In this document: positions 1 through 15,634 of the stretch, one piece after another
Position numbering within the stretch: position 1 is the stretch's first letter
How the letters are laid out: each line of letters begins with the position of its first letter
DNA from: Balanoglossus misakiensis
Lineage: Eukaryota > Animalia > Hemichordata
DNA length: 64,000 nt
Direction of reading: 5' to 3'
Assembly: GCA_040954595.2 (NCBI GenBank)
Contig: CM082585.2
Location: 11,993,863 to 12,057,862, forward strand
The notes under the pieces: generated by a model
Database searches by the model: none
Seen by the model: the letters and a program-made list of their open reading frames with translations, nothing else
Told to the model about the DNA's origin: nothing
Program-made: the position numbers and the translations under genes

Positions 1-3000
1 TGTAAACATTACTGGCAACATGCAACAGTGTATTTGCCAACAGGCCTTATTGTCAAGCATCCAAAGCGCTTGGAACAAGGGGTCTGACTATAATATTGTG
101 GTGGGCCGTTGGTGTTTGTATCACTATGAAAGAATTATGTTCGTAGCTGTTGAGTAACAGATATTCATGGAGTCTGGTGTGATAGGGTTTTGAAAAAAAA
201 AACACCTTTTTTCGACCCTTGTGTAATTTAAAAACAGGATTTTTCTGCATCAGTTAGTGAGGCGTTTTCTTTATCACACTAGAATATAACAGTTTTGCTC
301 TCTGGTGAGCAAAAAGTTTTGCCGTCAGAATACACTCTAGTTATGACAGCATATTTGAAAGCCATTAGCTACAGCCGAGCCTCATAGACTAATGTTGAAA
401 TTGATTTAAGATAAAATATTTGTTCAGTCTCCGAAGGCCTGAAAACCAAGGAAGGAAGGAAAGAAATATGATTGATGATAGGAATCTGAGTAGACATGGA
501 TTCGATAAGGAAGTCCTGCATCTGAAAGGTAAAGGATATTAAACATCATGGCCACCACTATGCCTTTTATGAATTCCTGCAGATTGACTTGTAAGATTTG
601 AAACGGTAAACTTATCAGAAAATGTGTTTTGCAGTAAATTTTCATCAATGTAATACACATGGACCTAACCGCGGGGGATTCGTGGCTCACGGAAAATCCT
701 TGGAAATCCTTGAAGGTCATTTAAGTCCCGGAAAATGAAATTTAGTCGGAAGAAAGTACTGTACAATTGATTTAGCTGTCTGTGATTTCGTGATAGTTGC
801 TGGAGAACTAACAGCTTTTTGCAGTCATTAAATTGTCAATTATTGAAATATTTCTCAATATCAGTGAGGTTTACCATTCAGGCACACAAATCTGGTGCAA
901 TTAAGGGCCTGGAAAATGAGAGAATGTTCAGTCGGGATTTAAATTATTGAACAATTTGTGATGAATATGGGACTGTCCAGCAGTGACCAGGTCAGAGGTC
1001 ATGGTCATATTGTGTAACCATACTTAAAGTGACATGATGATGTCAACAGCTGCAAACTTATCATTCCGAATTGAGAAACTCTCTTAGCTTTCCAAATTAA
1101 CAAAAAAAGAAATATACTGTAGTTGACGACTTATTATTTACAGCCTCTGGGTGAATATTATCATTTCAATATTATTGATAATTCACAATTTATTAATTTA
1201 CCCGTAAGCCATGTAGTGTTGAAATAATTGTTTAAATGCATCGACTGATTAATTTTGACCTTTTCGTGGCTTATTCAAAACAACAGCATAAATTATTTGC
1301 ATTTTTACCTTGGGGCCAGTAAATGTTAATTCGTGTTTGTATGGTGGACATGGGTTAACATGTACATTTGGGCTTTGAATTGAGTAGATTTATCTTTGAA
1401 CAGAACAGAGCAAAGATGCTAAATGCATTGATAAACCATCAAAATCTGTTTAGGGTTGACAAGTAATGGATGATGATTCATGAATAAACTGTGGTATCAC
1501 ATTGCTATACCAGGACGGAATACCTATACATATTATACCTGAAATAACATGCAATGTGACAAGCCAGTCTTTGCCACTTACTCTATAATTTATTACTCTA
1601 ATGAGGCAGTTACAACAGCACTTAGTTGTACCTTTAAATGCCACTCCAAAAGTTGTCGACAAAAAGAATGGTTTAAAAGTGTGAGACATGCCTGGCTACA
1701 TCTGAGTAGATGCTCCAAGCGTGATAGCTCTTATTGTGTCAGCAAGAAAATAATATTGTGGAAGTGGAGATTAATGGTTTCCTACTCTTTCTGCCTGTGG
1801 TGTTTGATAAATTCTCCTTCCTCGTCCCAGCTTGAGAGGTAAATTCCAGAAGCATGACTTTGTTGGCCTTTTCCTGAAGATAAATCAGTGTAGGTTGGTT
1901 TGGTTTCTGAAGTAATTCATTGCAACAGTCTGATATTTTGACTGTTGCTCATCATTTGTTTATTAAACAAGATTTTAATTCACTGCTTGACTGGTTTCTT
2001 TGGTGGGACTGTCGAGGACAATTTGCAGATGGTAGAAGTGTGGTCTACAAAGAGTGTCTGTAAATTGGCCAATGAAACTGGTGGATTCATACAACAAAAA
2101 TACCAGGATGTAAGGTCATATACAGGTCATGGAAATGTTGAATTGTTAGTGACTTGATTGCTCTAGAATATTATTGCCAGACAGTTATTCTATGTGACAT
2201 GATTTGTCTTTAATTTTATTCTCTGCATTCATAAAACTTTGATCTAGCAGGATGAATCTGCCCTTCCTCCAAGCGCTTCAGTTCTTTTTCGAAGCCATGT
2301 TTTGTGGTGCCATGGCTTGGTTTAATTCATCCGTGGGTTACGGTCGGTGGGCATGAAAAGGTTTGGGGGAGGTTGGGGCTGCCATTTGTATAGATTTACC
2401 AGGTCAGGTACTGAGTGGCTTTAGGGCAAATGTCATCTCGAAACACCCAGAAAGTAGCTGCAGCTGGTTGGTGCGGACCAGACCAAGAGATCTGTTCAGA
2501 TCTTGCCAGACTTGGTGAATTGTCCTCTGTTACATGAGAATTTCTTCTTATACTAGTATACAATGACTTAGCCACGCGAGATCTTGTAGGGTTTCGTTGC
2601 ATTTGGAAAATGGTCTATTCCTTAACACTACTATTCAATGGCATTGGGTTGTGCCGGACTACATCTGGAGAGGTGGTTGCCCATTTGGCACTTGCACAGT
2701 ATAATTTATCCAATCATGATATCCCCCTGCTGGGAACGGTCATGGCACGTGTCGGAAGCCTGAGGAATTTCCAAGGTATCCACTTCCACGCCTGGCTTAT
2801 ATTCCAGGAACCATACCGTCACCACACTCCCAACATCTATAAATATCTCCAGTGCTCTCCCCAGAGAACTTTCCTTTTCCTTTGTACTGTACGGTGAACC
2901 TAAAGCATAAGAGTTGCCACTGGGAAGCCTTTCTAATTGGACAACAGGAGGCCTGGTAGATAACCCCCAATATGTGCAATTGCTTTATAGTAGCCATTCA

Positions 3001-6000
3001 TTGCATCTTTATGCCCCCAAACTATTCTACTCATCTGAGAAGTTACGTCTAGTCAATTGGCCACATAATTGGCGTACAATTATCCCAGGCTTTCTACAGG
3101 AGATGACCAATTTAACAGAGACCTGCAAGAGTTCTAAGGTTTCCAGAAATGTAATTTTATAATGAGGTCATTTGCCATTGAGACTTTTGTCCTATTATGA
3201 GGAACCTCAGCATGATTTCTAACCCTGTGGTACATGTGAGAAATTTACATCACATAATAATATCAGTGACCTGATAACCATCTAGCTTCCTGGCTTTACC
3301 ACTGTGGTAAAAAGATCCTGTTGCCACAGTTACGTGCACCAGTACAGCAGATATGTGATGACTTTGATCATGATGCTAATGGAAAAAGAGTCCTGGTTTT
3401 AACAGACGCTAAAGAAACATTATGGTATTAATTGTGATTACTGTGTTAAAGTATGATTGATGATAGATACACAGCAATTAGGCTGTGGTATTTGTGTATT
3501 TACCTAGCACATGGGCAAACACAACAGACCAGCTATTAGAATAAGACGGATAACACTTGTTCCAGCTGTCTATTCTGGGATGTAATCATCTTAACTGCCA
3601 ACCCCAGGGGCTGTTGATAATGATGTGGCAAAACGAAATGATGTCCTTTTTAGTTCCAACCCAGCTGCTTCTCACAGCCAGTTGCAAACGTGACTTTGTT
3701 ATTCAGAAAAATATGAATAAAGCTGTTGATTTATCAAGGGATATCATACTGTATTTTTCCTGAAGCCTTTCAGAGAAAAATATTGATCGTTATATCTATA
3801 AACCAGAAATGTTTTCATAGGATTGAAATAGACATATGAGATCTGTAAATGTGTTTTCTCCATTAGTTTTTGACAATCTGTCTTTATTTGACTTTTTGTC
3901 TAGAAAAAAATATAATTTTATAAAGGAGTAAACTGAACATTTATCAGCCATTATTTTACCAATTAAATGTGATAATTGTATGTTAATACAGGCACTTAGC
4001 TAATCAAATAACTACACAGGAATTATGTGTCGTATGTAATTGTAAGGTTCGTTAATGGGTTGTCATATTTTGTGGCGGTCCCACTGGACATTAGGGTACT
4101 ACATTGTATATGACATAATCAAGCTCAAACTAAAACGATTTTCATAACATACATATGTACTGTCTGTCTCTCTAAAATACATGTTATTCTAGAAAATTAT
4201 GAATTTTTCACATGTTCTTCATTCTTCCCATCATAGTGTTTCATAACAGTTTTAAAAATAGAATTCTATAATATTATTATAACTCACATCAGCGATATTG
4301 TTAGTCATTTTATTTACATGTCTCTCTGACGTAACAATTGTGATTGTGTAGCGCTATTCATGTTGTCAGGCTGTTTTGGTGATAATATGACAAGCATATG
4401 AGAAGTTAATATACATGCCATGGATATCTCGACTAAATTCATTGCCAGTGTTTAATAACTATATGATTTATTATTTCCAAGGCTTGTTGAGATCAAGTGT
4501 TTATGCAACCACTTGACAAGCAGGTACTCCAGGTATAGGAGAGGTCACCATTGGCTGTGGCCCATTCGTATTATTGAAACTATTGAAGTATTTATCATGT
4601 ATTAGAGATGTGAGCTGAGTTCTTCCATCCCTGCTGGCTTTGTAAGACAGCAGCAGAAGAGCCCCTGTATAAATGCTATTTACATGTATGAACATATGCA
4701 CACACCACCTATGAATAGACCATTTTCCAAACTCCACATACGAGACCCTGCGAGATATCGCGTGGCTAAGCTCTGCACCTTCTAATTTCATACAAAGCTC
4801 GACTTGTATTAGTTGGCTAGCAGCCCTGTAATTAACCAAGTCTCGCAAGATCTCGCAATGAGTGGAAAATCATCTATTGTTCTTCCTCTGACACTTTTTT
4901 CTGGTAGTTTTGCAGATTAAGCCAAGTAGAACCTGTAGAATAGATGCGCGATTTATTTACATGCACCGTATTGACGTCCCGAAATGTGAGTGCGAATGAA
5001 TTGGTATTGCACAGAGAGAATGCTGAAGCTACTTCATTGTTCAGCTGACCGAATGCCAAGATTTTACAATATGAGGTCCCATGCAGCCCAGCCAAGCAGA
5101 TGTATATATGTTCCCTACATGCAAAGGGTTAATTTTTATAGGCTATGAGGCATGTCTCAAATCAACAAGCACTTGTCTCGGCAAGCGATATGAGGTTACG
5201 GGTCAATATGCATGTGCTTTTTACTGTAAATTTCAAGTGTGATAGTATTTGAATTTGTTACAGGAAAAGGTGTTAACACAGGCATGTTTATTTTTCAGCA
5301 TTTTGGTCTGAGTGTGTTTGATTTTGTGTAAATGTAACATTTATACCCGCACCACATTTCTTTTTGTGAATACTGTCATCTCTGTATTTTTTTATATTCT
5401 CATACATATTATTTGCAGTTTTGGAAAACAACTTTTTTTTTCTATTTTATATTCTGGATCATTGACAACAGTTGTATGCAGTTTGGTATGCAGCAAATGT
5501 GTGTATGTTTGAAATTAGGCCAGGGACCACTTTGGGGAGAGGGACATTTACCATGTTTGATTAAATGGGAAAATATTAGGATCGTATCTCAACTGATGCA
5601 GTAATGTAACTTTAAAGATAAAGAGATGGCCAATAATACATTAATTGATATTTTATCTGAAAAAATTGATAAATTCAAACATACATCTTTCTGTTTCCTT
5701 GGTTACGGCAATCACTGTCTTTTTATGCTGACTTACCGAAAAACAATCACTTAAAAAACTGAAAGCTATTCTTTGATGTTTCCTTTTAGATATTTACATA
5801 TTTTTGTGTGCAGTGGACATGATTTTTTTAAAGAAATGCTGGATAACAATACAGAAAGTGGCAAGCATTGTGTGAAAAAATTACTTTAAGATGTATTCCA
5901 TTTGTCACTTTTATTTATGCGATTGCCTTTTCAGTTGCTATGCCAATAGAATTGTTCATTATAATGGGGAGAATTACCAAATTGAGCGATTTTTGCTGCC

Positions 6001-6324
6001 CAGAAACTTTCAGCATTAGCCCTTTTGTCTCAGTTACATCAGTACTAATATTTGAGCACATAGCATATAATTATTGCGTAGCATTTAACAAGCATCCACT
6101 CGCTGTTCATAGCTTAGGCCGTATAACACACGAAAATCCATATCATAAATATTAAGACAGACAAACAAAAACTCACCACATATGCACATGTACACACTGT
6201 GTCACACACATAATCATACAGACACACACACACACAATCTGTTCTGTGCGATTTTACTGCAGACTCCTGTTTTTAGGTTTCAACAAAACTTTTTCTAATT
6301 CTATGGCCCTCACCAGAAATGTAT

Positions 6325-6468
6325 TATTGTTTATTTACGTATTTCTTTATTCATTTATTTCTTTATCTGTCCACTTATTTCTTTATCTGTCTACTTATTG
6401 ATTTATCCATTTATGTTTATTTATTTCTTTATTCATTTATTTTTTGATTGATTGATTTTTATTATTTC
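6325..6468. repeat. Degenerate (TTTA/TTGA)n low-complexity tract with an internal tandem ttatttctttatctgtc
   Basis: Read directly. Confidence 0.8.
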
Positions 6469-9392
6469 AATCTGTTTCCCAATATCTCTGTATTATGACA
6501 TTTCTGGTGAAATAAACCTTATTCATGCATCCACCCTAATTCTGAGAACTGTCCACTTCCTTGAATCTTTTCTGACCGCATTTTTGCAATCTGCTACCGT
6601 CTGCCACTCAACCAGGTAGGTTTAATCTCAATATCTCTGAATCATCACCGCTTATAATGGTGATTCACTCGATTCACAGTAAATAACAAAGAAAGTCATG
6701 AATCACTGTGTTTGCTTTTCTGATTCTGTTTATTTGAGCATTGTACAGACACTGACAAGTCAAAACCAAATTGGTTCTTTAGGGATGTGAATAAATGGAG
6801 TGCATGAATATATACACATACATAAATTCTCAGAAACTGTCGGTAGTTGTAACCACAACTTGTGAGATATATATTTGAAATATTCAGACTAGAACAAATA
6901 ATTCCACCTCTTCTAATTGCGAATTGATTAATCTACTATGCCACAGTAAATTTTACAGTAATTTAAATAACTGAAATTTTGTTAATCATTGATGTCGCTA
7001 TTTACAAGTACAGTGTAAGACATTGGAAATATGAATATTTCATCAACTGCTATTTTAGAATTTAATTAAAATCCTAAACCACAGCTGATAATAATGCGAT
7101 TTGCCGTTGGCATATTGGAATATGCTTAATTGAATTTAGTGCAGGTTTTGAATTGACGTTGCATCTCAGAGAAAGAGTATAAGGACTGTTCATTAAATTG
7201 ATGGTTTTCTTGATTTTAACCATCAGCTAGTTGGTGTTTCTTCTGGAAACTTCTTATTTAGTAATTGGCCATGTGAGAAAGCAGCCACATATCTTGAATG
7301 TAATGGCTTCCCCAAATGAAGCAGGTTTGCACAGATCCTTTCAGGCATTCACTGATCCAAGGAGTTGGTCTTCAAAGATTTTTTTCCATGGAAATTGTCA
7401 TTAATCATTCATCACTGAGAGTAGACAAGCTGATCAGATATCTGGTTTACTGTGCAAGTCAGTCAGTCAGTCAGTCAGTATGCGAGGGAATTTGCCAATT
7501 GTCCTTAATTATACACAGATAATATTCTATTCAAATTGTAATTTTGTCTTGAAAAATCAGTCCTTAATAGAGAGATGACAGTTTTCACTGTACATGTACA
7601 TGTCACTGTTTATACAGCCTATGCTATCGCCTTCTAGACACATTCCAACACTTACATTACTGACAGTAACGCTCATCATATTCTATGCATGTCTGTCTGT
7701 CTGTGCAGCAAGGTATCATACACAGCAGAATGCCAGCCAGGTCACAGGAAATCTCATTTTCACCCTCCATTGCCCACACCGACAATAAAAAATCTTCCCT
7801 GTCCACACCAACAGAACATGGCTATTCCATTAGAGCCGACAAACCACTCGGTTATGACACTGCAGCTCAGCTCGCAGTTTTACAGACAGCACTGTCATTT
7901 ATACGCAAACCTTGTTCCAGTCTGAGTCAATTTCAAAAACTGATTTGTCATTTGATTTTAGTTGTGCTACACTGAAGCATTTACTCCAAACTACCTAGAA
8001 ACATATCACGGCACAGAAAAAATTTAAACTTCTAAGCTCGGATTCAGGGGGTATTAGCAGATTATTTTGTCTGACTGTATAGCTGGGCCCCTTGAATGGT
8101 ACTTTTCAGCCATTGACTTCAGCTGTGACATTCCATTTGGTGTTGGGATGCTGCAGACAGAATGAGATTGGTGTTACCAAGTACCATCCGAGAGAGAAAG
8201 CTGTCGCGAATTGATTCTGTTGACAGAGCACTTATATGTGCAACCGCAAATATGTTAATAGCAACGAGGTGTGTCAGCAAGAACCTTTGAATTTCCAATG
8301 GGAAAGATAAATCACCCTGATAGATTTAGTGATGGTATTTCTGCATGCGGTAATCCATTGCAAATGGCTGACTTCCATATCCATCAGAATGCACAGGCAG
8401 ACTGGCTCCATAGCCGATCTGTGTTTTACCCTTTGACATGATCTGTAATCAGGAAACTACACTCGTACATGTAATAGCAAGATGTTCAATTTCATAAAAG
8501 GTAATAGGTCAGGCTAAAATGAACCAGTATTCTTGGGAGGTAATAGATGAGACGCTTTTATATGTTGTGTTTGTCTACTTTCTAATGTAATAAAACGAGC
8601 ATGCCTTTGATTCATTTCTGTTTGGGATCTTATCCTGATTGTAGGGAAGCAATCAAGAGATTTTATAATGCCAGGTTATGGAATGAGGCATCTTGACTTG
8701 ACAGAATTCTGATAAAGGTAGTCATCTTCATCAAAAGTAATGACCACTGCACATTCTGCTTGTACATGATGGATATAAATTGAAGACTCTTGTGTTTTAA
8801 CTTCAAAGCTTTGAAGAAATACGACATTGTGTGTCAGTAACAGTGAAAGTGAAATGTAGTTCTTTCATGAGATGGCTTCCCTTGTTGGCTTGTCAAGGTC
8901 ATTCAAGGTCACCTGGAAAACCAGTACGGAATAAGAGACCAGTAGGTCTTGAAGTAAAATTCAGTAAAAGTGCAGAATGGGTCCAGGGCTTCTTGTTTAG
9001 GATATAAACCCCGGCCCCAGCTGGATTCACACTAAGCATAATATAATTCGTTTTGAAGTAGTGCAGAAAATGAAGTTGTGGAGATTGTTGTTCTGCATGA
9101 AATTTTAATCTAAGTAAGTGGTAGCTGCTCTTAGAAATAAAAGTATATGGTCGGTTGGAATTACCTTGTAAAAATTGAAGAGCATTTCATGGATGATACT
9201 ACACATGTTCATTTGATGGTTCTACACGATGCAACAGTCGTTGAAACAAAATGGAAGATGAATCTTATTGCAAGCGGGATAGGGAAGATAATGTAGAGAA
9301 AAAGGTAAATACTGTGTTGAACTGATTAAAATATCTTTACCACATTTATGGATAAATGTTTTGTAGTGATAAAAGAATGTTATACATTTATA

Positions 9393-9660
9393 TACAGTCA
9401 AACCTGTGTTAGTGGTCACCAGGTTTGATTGTATCAACATGGCCCATTCCCTGGTACAGTCTGTGGTTCACACTTAGAGATATAACCGGATAGTTGACAA
9501 GGCTTGTATCAAATTGTCAGGTTCTTTATTTGTGATATGGATAGACCAGTCCATGGTGACAGATTGAATGCCTGGATTTTAGGTGTAAGCATGGCTTTAA
9601 GGCAGGTTGATCAGTCGAGGGTCCAACATCATGCAAACATCAGATGGTTGCATGACTGCA
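9393..9660. mobile_element. Decayed TA-CAGTCAAACC-type (pogo/Tigger-like) non-autonomous element
   Basis: Starts TA-CAGTCAAACCTGTGTTAGTGGTCACC, carries recurring CAGGTT-like subrepeats and ends near tgactg. Similar GACAGGT subrepeats occur at about 48735-48795. Confidence 0.45.
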
Positions 9661-12600
9661 CACAGGCATGTACATTGAAGTGTTGGCAGGAATCATTCAA
9701 GTGTGGTTTATACTATAGTGGATTAAAGTGGGGACATTTTAACTTGGGTTGGAAATTGGATGACATACGTGTCACTTCATGTTGATCTGTGATTTTTTTC
9801 ACATACACAAATCTTCAATTAACAGTTCTTGATTTCTTGCAGTTGTGCAGACTCAAAATACATGGCTAACGCACGCTCTCAGAATGCAAACTGTCCCTCA
9901 ACCCCCTGCGTTATTCTATCCGCGAAGTGGTCCATGAACAGGACAGAATTTTCTTGGCATAAACATTATTCCATCATGCACTGTTACATTCCCCAAAGTT
10001 GCATCATTGTCGTTTGTGAAACTGGTGATGATATTTTAGTCACAAATGTGTGGTCGCTTGTGGCAGTTGGTGAGAGATGGATTGGAGTTATAACCAGAAT
10101 AATTCTCAACATTGTAAAGGTCAGCCCTCATGCATATTTCTCTGCATTTATCGTTCAGGCCAGCCCTGTGGCAGTCCTATACAATTTCACAATTTCTAAA
10201 AGGTCATAGGGCATCCAGCATGATGCGCTGCAGGTCCATGTGTGGCTGATAAGGACATTAACTGTACATTGCACAGATGAGAAGCCTTTGTCACACCAGA
10301 TGCCTTTTGAACCAGCATATTCAGCGCGTGAAATGAAAATACATTTCACTAATAAAAGACTATTCTGATCATCAAATGCCTTTGTGAGCCAAGAATCCTC
10401 ACATTTTCACCTCAGAATTGAAAAGCTTGTATTCTGCATTGTAGGTGAGGTCATGTCACAGCTTATTATGTGGATGTATTACACATCTCTATAACACACC
10501 TCCATTCATTCATTCAGTCATTTGTACACATGTATAAATGACTACTGTATTCAAGTCGTACTGTAGAATATACACCTATTTCAGAGCAATAACTCGCGTA
10601 TTAACTCAAAAATACATCTACATTATATATATTCAATTACTGTTGTGTACAATTTGGAAGACAGGACACATATAAAAACATATTTTGATAACATTTCCTC
10701 AACGTGTTTTTTACAGCAATCGGGGTTAAAAATCAATATGAAAATACTGGAGATAGAAAAAACAACTTTGGTGTCGGAGACAGTTACGAAAATATTATTA
10801 CTCTAAAAGTTTATATGGCTGCCATACTGTGTGTGGAAAGAAAAAAAAGTGTATTATTAAAATGAGAGCCTCAGTTTCTTGTCAGTTATTAAAGTATTTC
10901 TTTCTATAAAGCCTTGTAAGTTGTACATGTAGATTTGTGAAGGATTGAGAAAAACAATGGAAACATTGGCTTGAAACTCTCTGTGCAATGTACAGAGGAA
11001 CCCATATGGCATTCCCTTGAGAATACATGTATGCAGATGTATGAAATATGTACATGTAGGTCATGCAAGTGTGTATCCTTGCTGATAAAATTCATAGAAT
11101 TACATACATGTATCTTATCACAGTAAGTGCTAGCTATGCCAAGGCATGGGGAGAGTTGTTTTACCGATGGTGGATGACGGATTGGAACAGCTGACAGGAA
11201 CAAGAACTCATATCTGATGTGTTGATGGGAATTGGAGAGGTTTTGTCGTAGCGTGTGGTCATATTTGATCTGCCGATATTTTTATGTTTCAACCGGTTGG
11301 CTTCTGTGATCAATGGAACGGATTTGTGACTCTGCATAAAATTCTGATGTCGGTGAGGTCAGTTTGGTTTGAGGAGAATAATGTTTGCGTGGGTGTCTGT
11401 GCATGGTAATCAGTCATTTCCTCTCAAGTATTGCTTTAATTGTGTGATTCTGATAAACACATCCAGAGATGCTGTACAGTATTTCTGGTTCCATCACCCC
11501 TGGTATAAAGTTGTTAGCAATAGCAGGGGTGTTGTGATCAGTGACTGTGCATAAAAATTTGTAATTACATGTAGACATCTTTATGCTCATCATCGTGTTT
11601 TTCTTAAGGCGAAATTCACTTGCAAAGCAGAAACATTATGAAAACCCATGAAAGACTCTCTCTCATGCTTGACCTGTTTTTAAGGCTGTGAATTGAGATG
11701 CATCGATGTGGTCAAAATAATAATAGTTTAGAATCCTTTTTACTCCCACGTAACTCCCAACCTGTCATGATGTGGTTTAACCCAGGCGTGACATGACATG
11801 ACAAATAGTCACAGAAATTGGATGAATTACTCCATCAAATGGTGACAGGTTTTGTAGGCTTCTAATAAAGCATAGAACTGTGGTGTGTTCTTGGTTTTCC
11901 CACACATGCCTTCCCCCTTGTCTTTGTCAGTGGGTGCTTATTGGATGAAAACCGTTCTTTAATTAACACACGCTAAATGTCATCCAATGGCGCGATGTGT
12001 ATTATATTACATTGACAGAAACTTCGATGTGCCACACGACAGTTACTTGAATTTTATTTCTTATGTATAGGCTGTGTTGATAAGTTACATACATTTTACT
12101 GTGCATTGGTATTATATCATGCATCCAAGTCATTTCAAAAATGTCTTTTTCCTATGATTAGCCAGTCAGCACCAGCGGCCAGTACGCAATCATTGAAACA
12201 TTTATAATATCACTTTTCCTGGATATGTGACTGTGTTTAGAACTCTTGACAAAAGACCAGTGAATCTCAAGTGTCTGTGCTGGCTACATCGTCTGAATGG
12301 TGTCCAATCGAAATCTCATTAATATTTTAATAGTCAAGGACTTCCCGGGCACTTTGTGGAATTAGCTTATTATTTTGATCATCTGCTGAGGGCAAATATA
12401 TTGGATAATTATGCTGGGAGATTCTGCTATGTGGTGTGAATGACTGAATGAAGAGATCATGATCCACTTTGTACGTTGTCGTTACATTCCTTTGCAACCA
12501 TTGTAGATGCGTCCAAATTCCGTATCCCACAAATCCCACAGAAGGTGCACAAATCTTTATCCTGGAATGAATGAAAAATTCACAAACTCAGAGAACAGGA

Positions 12601-15600
12601 GATTTCATGGCATCTAAAATGTGTGATGTTCACCATAGGGTCTTCGTGTCACATATGCGCTTGAAGTTGCTTTGTATGACTGTGGTAACTCTAACCTCCA
12701 CAATAATAGGCAAAAGATGATAACCTTTGCCCTTTAATCTAGAATACAGTCTTATAAAAAATAGATGAGTTTTTCAGTGTGGTATTTGCGTCAAATTTTA
12801 GAATAACTTGTGTCGTGTTGGTTATGTTTTGATATGAAAGAAAGATTATGAAATTTCCCCTTTTTGCCCCATGTGAAACTTAGTACAACTGAGTAAGTAT
12901 GAAATAACGTGAATGCAATTGTTTGTCTCTAGTTTATGCCATGGAAGATTGATTGTTAATTTCAGCTTTCATTATAGAAAAAAAAAATATTTCATTAAAA
13001 ATGTTTTGTGACTTAGAGTGGAATTTTTTCCTGAAAATATTACTGACGTAAATGCATTAAAATGGCTGACAACAGAAATTTTTGTTTGATTACAAATAAA
13101 AAAATCAGTGAATGCATTTTGCAGATTTTGGCCCAAAGGCCCAAATACACTGGTATAGAAAGAAGCATTTATAATAAGTTCTTGTATGTGGTTATCTGAT
13201 AATTACATTATTATGTTGAATTAATTTAACTGGCAGGTCTTTTAACAGAGAACATTGCAGCTCTGGTGTAAATGTCTTAATCTAATTTGGTGTGGAATTT
13301 GAGTCTTGCCGCAACCAAAATTAGAACGTTTCCCATTTTAACGCAGTGTTTATACTCAATTGTGTACAGTAGGTCTACACTAGTACATGTACATATAGTA
13401 TAACTTGAGTGTGCAAGTTTACTGTCTGTCAACAAATAACTGAAGATTTGCAATTTCATGTACCATTCCTGAAAATAATATAATCAGAAAATTTACAATA
13501 AAGACACATGTACGAATACAGCAGACCCCTATAAAGCAAAATTACCCGAAAAATTAATGCAATTGAAAGTCTCAGCCCAAACTGTATGTTTGGACATAAA
13601 CAAGTTCTTGCTCCATGTTGTTTATATAATCCTACTTTTCCGTTCTCTATACTGCTGGGAAATGCCAACTGGAATATCTCGGCCATCTCCATGGAGCCAG
13701 TGATACCGAACATATTACTTGCAATGCATGTTTGTATCTATTGCTTGAACCAATGACCAGTCATTGAGAGTATTCCTGGTATGTCTGTTTGTAGGCCTCG
13801 CTTGTACTGTATTAAAAAAAGAATCTTAATATAGCCACTTCTGACATTATTTTTGTCATGTATAGCGGTCAGTTATACAGACACTGAAAATAAATCCTGA
13901 TTCATTTCATTAAAGGCCATGTTTACTCTGATATTATGTGTATCATATCTTGATTTGTTTCTGTGATTTTTGGCCTAAAACTTGGGACCAAGGACAAATA
14001 ACCAAACAACCATTTGAATTGACTGTTGATTGACCACCATGGAAACAGGTTAAACATTGAAAATGTAGAGTTTTCAATGTGTTTTTGCAAATTTTAGTAT
14101 TTTAATGTCTGGGTGGTGTCGTTGAGGGCGCACTTCAGTGTGTTGTGAATTTGCCTTTCTGTTTCTGACCCCAAAATTCTGCAAAAAGGCAACCATAAAA
14201 AACACACTGAGCTGGTTGTTGCTTTGCAGACACCCAGGATCGATATCGCTTTATAAATGTTATGTTATTGTAGTCAGTCACTGAGTCAGTTGAAGCAATG
14301 TGAATTCTTGACAGAGTATTGTCAAGGTTTGAGGATGGCCAACAAATAAAGGAATAGTTTACGTAAATTGTTTTAGAGACAATGTTTCCGGTTATTGTGA
14401 ATTTCTTTTCCTTCAGTTGGCCTCTGTCTGTTCGAAAAGGAGGACAAAATAATTGCTCCACTTAATACTGATTGAATTGATTCAACCAATATAGGGACCT
14501 GAAGATTAGATCAAGTTATTTCAATTACTAGATGCATGTCCTTTTGCTGTTATCTGACCATTTATCGCTCTTGCAACGTTCTTAATGTGGAACATTAAGT
14601 GTTGCTGAACCACGCGAGTGCGCGTGGAAGTTGAGCAGCGCCCTCTACCACATTTCTATGTATGCTGTTGTTTATACGTTGGCCCCACTAGTTTCTTTTC
14701 TGCATTCTGTCATAACATGCAAAGTAACTCTGCATTTTTATTGGCCTTGGTTGGTCCTTACAAGTTACATAAAGCTGCGGAAAAATGTGTGGCAAACAGA
14801 AATCAAGAAATGTAGTCTTTGTTATTGATTCATTTGCTTATCTGGGATAAGCAATGACCATAGCATAACCAATCAAATTGGTAACCCCAGTAACATAATG
14901 TGTATTGTCAAGCTTCCCTGTTCCAATGAAGTATTCTGTTAGAATCAATAAAGGTCATTCCATTGTGTTGAGGTGAGAGGGAGGGTGAGTGTTTGATGCA
15001 AACTTGAAGATTGATAACTTTTCTTGTTTGACCTGGTAACATTTAAATGTCTGTGGGAGTTGTGTGCTAAAGAGGTGTTATAAGACAAAACTGCTTCATA
15101 GGATTAGTGAACAGACTGGAACCGACTTCATGAATACTTTGAATACATTGCATACTAAACTTAACGAAAGAAGTTTTTCACCACTCAATAAGAGATCTTT
15201 GCACAAAAGACACCCACTTTTGTTCACTACCGTTTCAATTCTTTGGACTTCTTGACTCGGATAATTAGCATTTATTCAAGTGTTGCTCTGGTGGCCAAGG
15301 CATGAATACTGTGTCACTTTGCATCTAACTGTCCTGAAGTTGTACACAGGTTCTGCCTGGTGTCTGGTCAGACTTGGGTTTGTAGCAGTTATTGTGATTG
15401 GCCAGCAAAAGCTTACATACCCAAATCTACAGATTTTCAGCCTATCAACCTCATGTTCTCATGTTTTCAAAATCTTGTGTTAACACAAGACTTTGAATGC
15501 CTTGTTGTCAATATTCAGATCCAGTGTTTGGATTCTTTCCGAAAGAATCCAAATGGAGAAGAATGTGTATTTGGTGAATCTACTTGTGCTAAACCTGAAA

Positions 15601-15634
15601 TGGTTACAAATTTTTTACTTTTTTCTCTCTCCAG

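Noticed and set aside
1-15634. Upstream L27 exons (MPV.. start and ..RALELLE..LFQALL) or a separate gene in the first 15.6 kb
   Set aside because: No matching peptide or credible exon seen; the region appears to be one long phase-1 intron. Short diverged exons could have been missed.
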